Source of the DNA: an uncultured Chloroflexia bacterium
Lineage (GTDB): Bacteria > Chloroflexota > Limnocylindria > Limnocylindrales > CSP1-4
Assembly (NCBI GenBank): GCA_963720755.1
Contig: CAVRGP010000011.1
Location: 128,001 to 192,000 of the forward strand
Length of the DNA stretch: 64,000 nucleotides
Reading direction: 5' to 3'
In this document: positions 28,421-35,646 of the stretch, piece after piece
Numbering within the stretch: position 1 is the stretch's first letter
How the letters are laid out: every line of letters begins with the position of its first letter
Translations under genes and position numbers: made by a program
The notes under the pieces: model-generated
The model's input: only the letters and a program-made list of their open reading frames with translations
Database searches by the model: none
What the model was told of the DNA's origin: nothing

Positions 28421-29485
28421 TCAAGCCGGGAGGCTGAACCAGAAGCGGGTCTGACCTTCGCTGGAATCGGCCCCGACCTGTCCGCCCTCCGCCTCGATCA
28501 GCTGCTTGACGATTGCCAGGCCGATGCCGGCACCGCCCCGTGCCCGGTCACGGGATTTCTCGACCCGGTAGAAGCGCTCGAACACGCGGTCGAGGTCATC
28601 GGCTGGGATGCCCTCGCCGGTGTTGCTGATCGAGACCAGGAGGTCGGATGCGCGCTGCTCGGCCCGAACGGTGACCGTGCCGCCGGCCGGCGTGTAGCGC
28701 GCGGCATTCGACAACAGATTGCCGAGCACCTGGGCAAGGTGGTCCGGATTGGCTCGGGCGGGAAGCCGTTCCGGGATCTCGACAACGACTTTCAGCCCGG
28801 CCCGCTCGAGGGTGGGCTGGGCGAGGTCGAGCGCGACCCGGATGGCCGTGCTGAGGTCCAGCTCCTCCACGGGCGGCGGCACGGTCGCTGCGTCCCCTTC
28901 CGCGAGCGCATCGAGCGAATGCGACAGGCGGACGAGCCGGTCCGCCTCGTCCCAGAGTGAATCGTAGGTCGCGCGGTCCGGGGTGATGACGCCGTCGCGC
29001 AGCGCTTCGAGATAACCCTGCAGGTTGGTCAGAGGCGTCCGCAGCTCGTGGGCGGCGTTCGCGATGAAGTCGCGGCGCAGGGCTTCCTGGCGCTCGAGGC
29101 TGGTGGCCATCTGGTTGAACGAGTCGGCAAGGCTTGCGATCTCCTCGGGTCCGTCCCTCGGGACCCGGGCGGCGTAGTCGCCGGCGGCGACCCGTCGCGC
29201 GGCAGCACCGACCTCGGCCAGCGGGTGGGCGAGCATCCGGCCCAGGACGATGGCCAGCACGATGCTGGCGATCGCCGCCACGACGACCGCCGCGATGACC
29301 ACGGTCATGACCAATTCGTCGTACATCGCCTGGGCATGATCGGCCGAATCACCGGCCTCGACCATCAATGCCCGGAAGATGTCGGCCCCGACCACGGACA
29401 CGCCGATCGTCACGATCGCGACACCGACCGCCGCGGAGATCAGGGCCGCCAGGGCGATCCGGGCAGCGATCCCACGTCCGATCAT
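28421..29485 (-). CDS. HAMP-domain sensor histidine kinase (BaeS-like)
   Basis: AHELRTPL H-box, NLLSNA N-box, FERFYR, GAGIGLAI. Confidence 0.93.
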   Translation of the reverse strand: MIGRGIAARIALAALISAAVGVAIVTIGVSVVGADIFRALMVEAGDSADHAQAMYDELVMTVVIAAVVVAAIASIVLAIVLGRMLAHPLAEVGAAARRVAAGDYAARVPRDGPEEIASLADSFNQMATSLERQEALRRDFIANAAHELRTPLTNLQGYLEALRDGVITPDRATYDSLWDEADRLVRLSHSLDALAEGDAATVPPPVEELDLSTAIRVALDLAQPTLERAGLKVVVEIPERLPARANPDHLAQVLGNLLSNAARYTPAGGTVTVRAEQRASDLLVSISNTGEGIPADDLDRVFERFYRVEKSRDRARGGAGIGLAIVKQLIEAEGGQVGADSSEGQTRFWFSLPA

Positions 29486-30216
29486 CGCCGAGCGGCCCGA
29501 TACCCGACGCCACGGACGGTCGCCACGTAGCGCGGATCCTCAGCGTCGTCCCCGAGCTTGTCGCGCAGGCGCCCGATGTGCACGTCGACGGTCCGATCGA
29601 GCACGTCCGCCTGATCGTGGCCGTAGACCGCGTCGAGCAGCTGATCGCGGGTGAGCACGCGTCCATCGGCCTCGAGGATCGTCTGGAGGAGCCGGAACTC
29701 GACCCGGGTCAACGGGATCTCCCGTCCATCGCGGGTCACCTCGTGACGGTCGAGATCGACGATGAGGTCGCCATGGGACAGCGGCGGGCGGGCGGCGCCA
29801 CCGTCGGTCAGGGCGGCCATCGAGCGTCGCAGGATCGACTTGACCCGCAGGACCAGTTCGGCCGGTGAGAACGGCTTGGGCAGGTAGTCATCGGCGCCGT
29901 CCTCGAGACCCGCGATCCGGTCGATCGTGGACCCACGTGCCGAGAGGATGAGGATCGGGGTGGCTCTCGCCTCGTCATCGCGACGGACCGCTCGGATGAC
30001 GGCGCGTCCGTCGAGCTCCGGGAGCATGAGGTCGAGCACGACGAGGGCCGGTCGGTGGCGCTCGATGGCATCGAGGGCCGATGGACCATCCGCGGCGGTC
30101 ACGACGCTGTAGCCGTCTCGCTCGAGGTAGGTCCGCACCAGCCGGACGATCTTGGCATCGTCGTCGACGACGAGGATCGGGCGGTCGGGGAGTGGCTGGG
30201 CGGTCGGATCGGTCAT
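29482..30216 (-). CDS. OmpR-family response regulator
   Basis: ILVVDDD, LDLMLP, GADDYLPKPF, TVRGVGYR. Confidence 0.94.
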   Translation of the reverse strand: MTDPTAQPLPDRPILVVDDDAKIVRLVRTYLERDGYSVVTAADGPSALDAIERHRPALVVLDLMLPELDGRAVIRAVRRDDEARATPILILSARGSTIDRIAGLEDGADDYLPKPFSPAELVLRVKSILRRSMAALTDGGAARPPLSHGDLIVDLDRHEVTRDGREIPLTRVEFRLLQTILEADGRVLTRDQLLDAVYGHDQADVLDRTVDVHIGRLRDKLGDDAEDPRYVATVRGVGYRAARR

Positions 30217-30342
30217 CGCATGCATGGTAGGGGAGTGAGGCTACGGTCCTTCCGTGACGGGCCGGTGACGTGGCCGGCCGGCTGCTGCCCGCGGGGCTAC
30301 CCGGCGCTCGCTGCCCGCTGCCACCACCCTGGCGCCCGCTGC

Positions 30343-30560
30343 CCGGCCCGCGCCCCGCTGCCTACCCCGGCCCGCGCCCCGCTGCCTACCCCGGCCCGCG
30401 CCCCGCTGCCTACCCCGGCCCGCGCCCCGCTGCCTACCCCGGCCCGCGCCCCGCTGCCCGGCCCCCGGCCCGCTGCCTACCCCGGCCCGCGCCCCGCTGC
30501 CTACCCCGGCCCGCGCCCCGCTGCCTACCCCGGCCCGCGCCCCGCTGCCTACCCCGGCCC
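30343..30560. repeat. 24 bp tandem repeat, about 9 units
   Basis: Unit CCGGCCCGCGCCCCGCTGCCTACC, with one degenerate unit in the middle. Confidence 0.92.
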
Positions 30561-30754
30561 GGATGTGGCGTAACGGTCATCCACGGACTGTTATGGCAAG
30601 CGGTGGCGTCCTCGCGGCGATCGAACGCGTGTTTTCGGGTCGTTGGCGCCCGGTGCTGAGCGTGAAGCGAGGGCCACGGCCAGCCCCAGACCCTAGTCCG
30701 ACCGTGGGAAGTGGCCGTAACGGTCCAGTAGTGAATATTCGGCCAGGTTTGCGG

Positions 30755-30887
30755 CGCGGCGCCGGCCAAGTTGCGGCGCCGGCCAAGTTGCGGCGGTGGC
30801 CAAGGTAAGCGGCGCCGGCCAAGTTGCGGCGTCGGCCAAGTTGCGGCGCCGGCCAAGTTGCGGCGCCGGCCAAGTTGCGGCGCCGGC
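30755..30887. repeat. 17 bp tandem repeat, about 7 units
   Basis: Unit GCGGCGCCGGCCAAGTT, ending just before the imuA -35. Confidence 0.9.
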
Positions 30888-30891
30888 TCCC

Positions 30892-30920
30892 TTGATTTCA
30901 TCGAACAGATGTTCTATCTT
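30892..30920 (+). promoter_or_regulatory. imuA promoter with LexA (SOS) box
   Basis: TTGATT-N17-TATCTT, with CGAACAGATGTTC (GAAC-N4-GTTC) at 30902-30914. Confidence 0.85.
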
Positions 30921-30929
30921 GACCATCCG

Positions 30930-32072
30930 ATGGCGACCCCTTCCCAGGACGTGACGGCAGCCGTGGCGAGCCTCCAGGCTCGCTGGGGAGCGGCAGCTCC
31001 GAGGGTCGCGAGTGGTACGAGGGTCGCAGGAGGTGCGGGGATCACGGACGGGGCACTGGCTCTGGCGCCCACGATGGACCCGGCCCCTGGGCCTGCCACG
31101 ATCCCCACGCCACTCCTCCCGTTCCCGACGGCTGGCGATCGCGTCATCCATACCGGGTTCGCGGCACTCGACGCGATCCTCGGGTCCGGCGGTCTCCCCA
31201 GATCGGCAAGTGTCGCCATCCGCGGCGACGGGTCGAGTGGCCGGACGACCCTCGTCATGCGAGTGGCCGCTGAAGCCCAGGCGCAGGGGTCGATCGTGGC
31301 CTGGCTGGACCTCTCGCGCAGCTTCGATCCGGTCGAAGCGGTCGCCCGGGGTATCCGTCTCGAGTGGCTCGTCGTCGTCACGCCGGTGACGCTGGACGAG
31401 GGTCTGGCCATCGGTGGCGCGCTGCTGGCCGGTCGTTCGGTGGACCTGCTGGTCCTCGATCTGCCGGGCGGTCGACTCGCCCCCACGGACCGGCCGGCTC
31501 GCATCGCGGATCGACTCGGCCGACTGGCCGCACTGGCCCGTCGATCGGAGACGCTCCTCGTCATCCTGGAGCCGCCCGGTCCGACCGGCAGATCCGTCGG
31601 TGGTGCCGCCGGTGGTCTGGCCACCGCGGTCGCCGAGTCGACCGGCGTCCGGCTCGAGCTGGCCCGGCGGTCGTGGATCCGGCTCGGTCGGGACATCGTC
31701 GGCCAGCGGACGGAGGCCCTGGTCGCCCGTAACCGCTATGGGCCGCCCGGGAGACGGGCGATCCTCCGGATCCTGTACGCGGAGGGCGGGGAGCGCGATG
31801 CCTGCCTCGCCCGCGACGACCTCCTCATCGATCAAGCCCCCGCGATCCAGCTCGAACGGACCCACCGCGATGCGACTCCTCCATCTCTATCGACCTCATC
31901 TCCCCCTCGAGCTCGCTCGGGCGCGGGCCTCCGAGCCCTTCCCGTCCGGTCCGCTCATCCTGGGCGGCCGGCCATGGGACTCGGGTCCGGTCATCGACGC
32001 GAGTCCGGAGGCTCGGGTGCTGGGCGTCCGGCGGGGGTTGCCGCTCGGGAGCGCGCACCGGCTCGTCCCTGA
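30930..32072 (+). CDS. imuA: ImuA'-like RecA-fold mutasome accessory protein
   Basis: HTGFAALDAILGSGGLP, degenerate Walker A GDGSSGRTT, AWLD, LLVLD; upstream of imuB. Confidence 0.78.
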   Translation: MATPSQDVTAAVASLQARWGAAAPRVASGTRVAGGAGITDGALALAPTMDPAPGPATIPTPLLPFPTAGDRVIHTGFAALDAILGSGGLPRSASVAIRGDGSSGRTTLVMRVAAEAQAQGSIVAWLDLSRSFDPVEAVARGIRLEWLVVVTPVTLDEGLAIGGALLAGRSVDLLVLDLPGGRLAPTDRPARIADRLGRLAALARRSETLLVILEPPGPTGRSVGGAAGGLATAVAESTGVRLELARRSWIRLGRDIVGQRTEALVARNRYGPPGRRAILRILYAEGGERDACLARDDLLIDQAPAIQLERTHRDATPPSLSTSSPPRARSGAGLRALPVRSAHPGRPAMGLGSGHRRESGGSGAGRPAGVAARERAPARP

Positions 32073-33132
32073 GGCCACCTTCATCGACCCCGACGTCGAC
32101 GCGGACCGGATGACGGTCGAGGCGGCGTTCGAGGCACTCTCTGCGTTCAGCCCGGGGATCGCCGGCAGCGCTGAGCCACTCGACCCCGCGTTCGGCCTGT
32201 TCGAGGTCCAGGCCGATGGCCTGGAAGCCTTGTGGGGGCCGGAGCCGGCCCTCATCGAACGCCTGGTGGAGGTCCTCGGTCGGGCCCTCGCGACCGACGG
32301 CATCCGGGCCGGCATCGCCGGTACCCGGTTCACCGCGACCGTGGCCGCCGTCCTGGCACGGCCGGGTACGCCCATCCTCGTGCCACCCGGCACCGAGGCG
32401 GCGTTCCTCGCTCCGCATCCGTCCGGCCTGCTCACCCAGGATCCGGACATCCGGGCCCGGCTCACCCGCTTCGGCCTGCGCCGGATCGGGCCGGTCGCCG
32501 AACTCGCCCGGACCGCGCTGGTCGCCCGCTTCGGCGAGGAAGGAGCCCGGATCCATGCCCGTGCCCGCGGCGAGGCGCTGGAGCCGTTCCGCCCCCGGCG
32601 GGCACCGGAGCATCTTCGGCTCAGCCTGCCGATCGAACCCCCGGTGGAGGACCTGGAGCCGCTCCGCTTCGTTCTCCATCGATTGGTCGGCGCCTTGACC
32701 GGGCAACTCGTCGCGCGCGGCCTTGCGGCGTCGCGGACCCGCTTGCACCTCGACCTGGATCTTGCCTTCGCGAGCCGGGGTACGTCCGCCGAGGTGGACG
32801 TCGAGCAGGACTTCCCCGAACCGACGGCCGACGGAGAAGCGATCGAGCGTCTGCTGTTCGCCCGGCTCGAGCGCATGCCGCCACCGGCCGCCGTGAGCCG
32901 GGTGACCCTGGAACTGGATGGCACGACCCCGGCGGCCGGTCAGCAGCTCCCGTTGTTCACGCCACAGGCCGCTCGAGCGGCGCGGCTCGATTGGCAACTC
33001 GCTCGGCTTGCCCTGACCTACGGGGAGGACCGGGTCAGGCGAGTGGACATCACGGATCCAGAGGCGCCGCTCCCGGAGACGAGGTGGGCGTGGCGTCCGG
33101 TCACCTCGGGCGAACGGGGCGGGGTGTCATGA
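31870..33132 (+). CDS. imuB: ImuB inactive Y-family polymerase homologue
   Basis: ARVLGVRRGLPL, LTRFGLRRIG, beta-clamp motif QLPLF (32944-32958), LALTYGEDRV. Confidence 0.85.
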   Translation: MRLLHLYRPHLPLELARARASEPFPSGPLILGGRPWDSGPVIDASPEARVLGVRRGLPLGSAHRLVPEATFIDPDVDADRMTVEAAFEALSAFSPGIAGSAEPLDPAFGLFEVQADGLEALWGPEPALIERLVEVLGRALATDGIRAGIAGTRFTATVAAVLARPGTPILVPPGTEAAFLAPHPSGLLTQDPDIRARLTRFGLRRIGPVAELARTALVARFGEEGARIHARARGEALEPFRPRRAPEHLRLSLPIEPPVEDLEPLRFVLHRLVGALTGQLVARGLAASRTRLHLDLDLAFASRGTSAEVDVEQDFPEPTADGEAIERLLFARLERMPPPAAVSRVTLELDGTTPAAGQQLPLFTPQAARAARLDWQLARLALTYGEDRVRRVDITDPEAPLPETRWAWRPVTSGERGGVS

Positions 33133-33377
33133 CTCGTCTCCTGCGCGAACACCCGGAGATCGAGGTCGAACTCGATGCCACGGGAGCGATCGGGGCCATC
33201 CACTGGAACGGGCGCCGTGAGACCGTCGAGGTCTGCAACCGCTGGCGCGTCGAGGAAGCCTGGTGGCGCGGCCCCATCGCTCGGGACTACTTCAAGGTGG
33301 TCGGTGGTCGCTGGCTCGCGCTCGTGTACCTCGACCGTGTCGACGGCACCTGGCACCTCGAGCGACTCTACGACTGA
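33129..33377 (+). CDS. DUF6504-like small protein (ImuB C-terminal-like)
   Basis: WRVEEAWWRGPIARDYFKV...WHLERLYD; ATGA-coupled to imuB. Confidence 0.78.
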   Translation: MTRLLREHPEIEVELDATGAIGAIHWNGRRETVEVCNRWRVEEAWWRGPIARDYFKVVGGRWLALVYLDRVDGTWHLERLYD

Positions 33378-33790
33378 TCGCGTACCTTCCCGATCCGACC
33401 CAGATGGGTGTCCTGGAACGAGGTCGAAAGCTTGAGCCCGTAGCCGAGCGCACGATCCATCCCGACGTGGGCGATCAAGATCGCCCCGAGGACCGACACG
33501 GCTGTCACGTCCGACGCGAGACCGATGCCCAGCACGGCCAGACCGACCGCCCAGTTGTGCGCGATGTTGTAGGTCATCGCCCCGAGCCGCGCGTCGCGCA
33601 GGTAGCCGACCATCGAGATGTCCGGCACCAACAGGAGCGGGAGCACCAACAGCCACGGGGCACCGAGCCAGCCATACAGCCCGAGACCCGCGATGAAGGC
33701 CGCGACCCCCTCGATCCGCAGCCAACCCGTCACGGTGACCAGCGGGGCCCTCGTCGCTCGTCCGTCCATCAGTCCGTCCATCGTCGTCAT
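33368..33790 (-). CDS. DUF4260 family membrane protein
   Basis: LRIEG...LLVPDISMVGYL...YNIAH...HVGMDRALGYGLK...FQDTHLG. Confidence 0.85.
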   Translation of the reverse strand: MTTMDGLMDGRATRAPLVTVTGWLRIEGVAAFIAGLGLYGWLGAPWLLVLPLLLVPDISMVGYLRDARLGAMTYNIAHNWAVGLAVLGIGLASDVTAVSVLGAILIAHVGMDRALGYGLKLSTSFQDTHLGRIGKVRDQS

Positions 33791-33850
33791 CCCGCCTTCC
33801 CCTTCTGCTCGTTCCGCTTTCTGCTCGTTCCGCTCGGCCGCGTCCATGAT

Positions 33851-33889
33851 GGCTACACTGTATAGCCTTGACGGCTAATGTCAATAGCC
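33851..33889. promoter_or_regulatory. Tandem TetR operators GGCTA-N7-TAGCC x2
   Basis: 33851-33867 and 33873-33889, between the divergent DUF4260 and TetR genes. Confidence 0.75.
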
Positions 33890-33890
33890 T

Positions 33891-34484
33891 ATGATGCTCG
33901 ACATGAGTCCAGCTCCGGCGCGAACATCAGTCCCGGCCATCGTGGCCGCCGCGCGACAGATCCTCGAAGCCGATGGGCTATCGGCCGTGACGATGCGAAG
34001 CGTCGCCGAGGCCGTCGGTGTCCGCGGGCCTTCCCTGTACAAGCACGTCCCGGATCGAGCCGCGCTGGTTCGGCTCGTGGCGGCCGGCGTCGTCGACGAT
34101 CTCTCGGAGGTGCTGGCAATCGCGCCCTCCACGGACGACCCGCGTGGTGACCTCCGTGCCCTGGCGATCCGCTACCGCGACTTCGTCATCGCCAACCCGA
34201 ACGGGTACCGGCTCCTGTTCATGGATCTGCCCGCAGGCGAGGCGCCGGATCCAGCCGCCGTCGCGGCCGTGGGCGTCCCCCTCGTCAGGGCGATGGCGAG
34301 GCTAGTCGGTGAGGACGACGCGCTGGAGGCGGCACGGACGATGACGGCGTGGGCGCACGGGTTCGTGTCGATGGAACTGGCCGGAGCGTTCCGCCTTGGA
34401 GGCGAGATCGAAACCGCCTATGCGTTCGGTATCGAGGCGGTCATGGCCGGCATCAGCGCGCCGGCGACCCGATCATCACGCTGA
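33891..34484 (+). CDS. TetR family regulator (WHG-type C-terminal domain)
   Basis: HTH TMRSVAEAVGVRGPSLYKHV; AWAHGFVSME. Confidence 0.9.
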   Translation: MMLDMSPAPARTSVPAIVAAARQILEADGLSAVTMRSVAEAVGVRGPSLYKHVPDRAALVRLVAAGVVDDLSEVLAIAPSTDDPRGDLRALAIRYRDFVIANPNGYRLLFMDLPAGEAPDPAAVAAVGVPLVRAMARLVGEDDALEAARTMTAWAHGFVSMELAGAFRLGGEIETAYAFGIEAVMAGISAPATRSSR

Positions 34485-34557
34485 GGACGAAGAGCACGAG
34501 AAACATCGCGACGACGAGGGCCAGAAGCCCGATATCTCGTGGATGTGCCGATTGCAC
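34453..34557 (-). CDS. 34 aa single-TM peptide (MQSAHPRDIGLLALVVAMFLVLFVLSVMIGSPAR)
   Basis: Read by hand; GGGAGG RBS, GTG start. Confidence 0.45.
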   Translation of the reverse strand: MQSAHPRDIGLLALVVAMFLVLFVLSVMIGSPAR

Positions 34558-34659
34558 GAGCGCGCCTCCCCCAGGCTTGGTCGCTCCCCGGATCCGGGGT
34601 CCGGTCAGCTGCAGGATAGACGCCTCGGCAGGATCCTGCGTTGCGGGCGCGCGCCGGCG

Positions 34660-35178
34660 TCATTCGAACGGGCAGGCGGCTCCGTACATGATGCGGATGG
34701 CGATCAGGCTACCCATCGGCGATGCCGTGACCTGGACCATGCACCCAACCCCGCTGCCGGTCATGTCAAGGACGTAGCTGCCGTCCTCGAGCGGACCGGA
34801 CGATCCGACCGTCGCGTAGCCGAGGCCATTGAGCTGCGTTTCGAGCAGGTTCTCGATCGCCTGCGGGTCGCCGCCCTCGACGACCAGATCGGCCGACGCG
34901 GCGCCCGTACCGGTCGCATCGCCCGGTGTCGCCCCTGGCACGGTCGGGAAATCGCCCGGCAGACCGTCCCAGATCCGACCCCAGTCGGTATCGGTCTGGG
35001 CCATCGGTGACCCGATGGCGCCGGTGGGCGTTCCGTCGGCTGGCGAGGCGGCGGTCGCCGGGGCCGAGTCCGTCGGCGATGGTGCGGGGCTGGTCGCACT
35101 CGAACTGCAGGCCGCGAGGACCACCGCCAGTCCGATGGCGACGCCGAGGAATCGTCGGTTGATCATCACGTTCGGCAT
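34660..35178 (-). CDS. Hypothetical lipoprotein
   Basis: VLAAC lipobox, S/P/T linker, WGRIWDGLPGDFP. Confidence 0.8.
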   Translation of the reverse strand: MPNVMINRRFLGVAIGLAVVLAACSSSATSPAPSPTDSAPATAASPADGTPTGAIGSPMAQTDTDWGRIWDGLPGDFPTVPGATPGDATGTGAASADLVVEGGDPQAIENLLETQLNGLGYATVGSSGPLEDGSYVLDMTGSGVGCMVQVTASPMGSLIAIRIMYGAACPFE

Positions 35179-35361
35179 CGTACCCCGTGCTCCGAGTCCG
35201 TGGGTCCAGATGACCAGGACCCCGCCGCCCCCAAAGCGACGGGGTCCTGTGGCCAGAAGCGATGCTCACCAACGCATCTGGCGGGCCGGCCCCCCGACCA
35301 TCGCGGTCGAGCGCCGTCCAGTCGTCCCGAGCCCCCAAGCGCCGAGACGTCGTGTATTCGC

Positions 35362-35487
35362 TTACCGGATGGCTACCTGGGCGTCGAGCGTCGCCGGCAG
35401 GAGGCCGAGGATCAGGAACATGGCGACCGCGACCGACAGGCCGATGCGAACGGCTGAGAAGGCGATCGGGCGTATCTGTCCGTGCAT
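35362..35487 (-). CDS. 41 aa single-TM peptide divergent from dnaE2
   Basis: MHGQIRPIAFSAVRIGLSVAVAMFLILGLLPATLDAQVAIR. Confidence 0.45.
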   Translation of the reverse strand: MHGQIRPIAFSAVRIGLSVAVAMFLILGLLPATLDAQVAIR

Positions 35488-35587
35488 GTTCGTGAGACGC
35501 GGATCGGCGCGTGGTTGTTTCGTGCGAATCACGCGATTCTCGATGGGAAACTGGTCATGCCGCGACCCGGGACCGATGGTCCAGATG

Positions 35588-35606
35588 CGAACAGATGTTC
35601 TATACT
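35588..35606 (+). promoter_or_regulatory. LexA (SOS) box abutting the dnaE2 -10
   Basis: CGAACAGATGTTC followed by TATACT; 16 bp identical to the imuA box. Confidence 0.87.
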
Positions 35607-35646
35607 TTGGCGCCCCCACCGACCGACTCACCGACCGGAGTGATCC

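Noticed and set aside
30343-30887. Tandem arrays as a CRISPR array
   Set aside because: Units are contiguous with no unique spacers, and there are no cas genes in the window.
30055-30901. ORFs encoding PARAPLPT / PGPRPAAY / LGRRRNLAGAA repeats
   Set aside because: Open in several frames only because the GC-rich repeats lack stops; no RBS or domain support.
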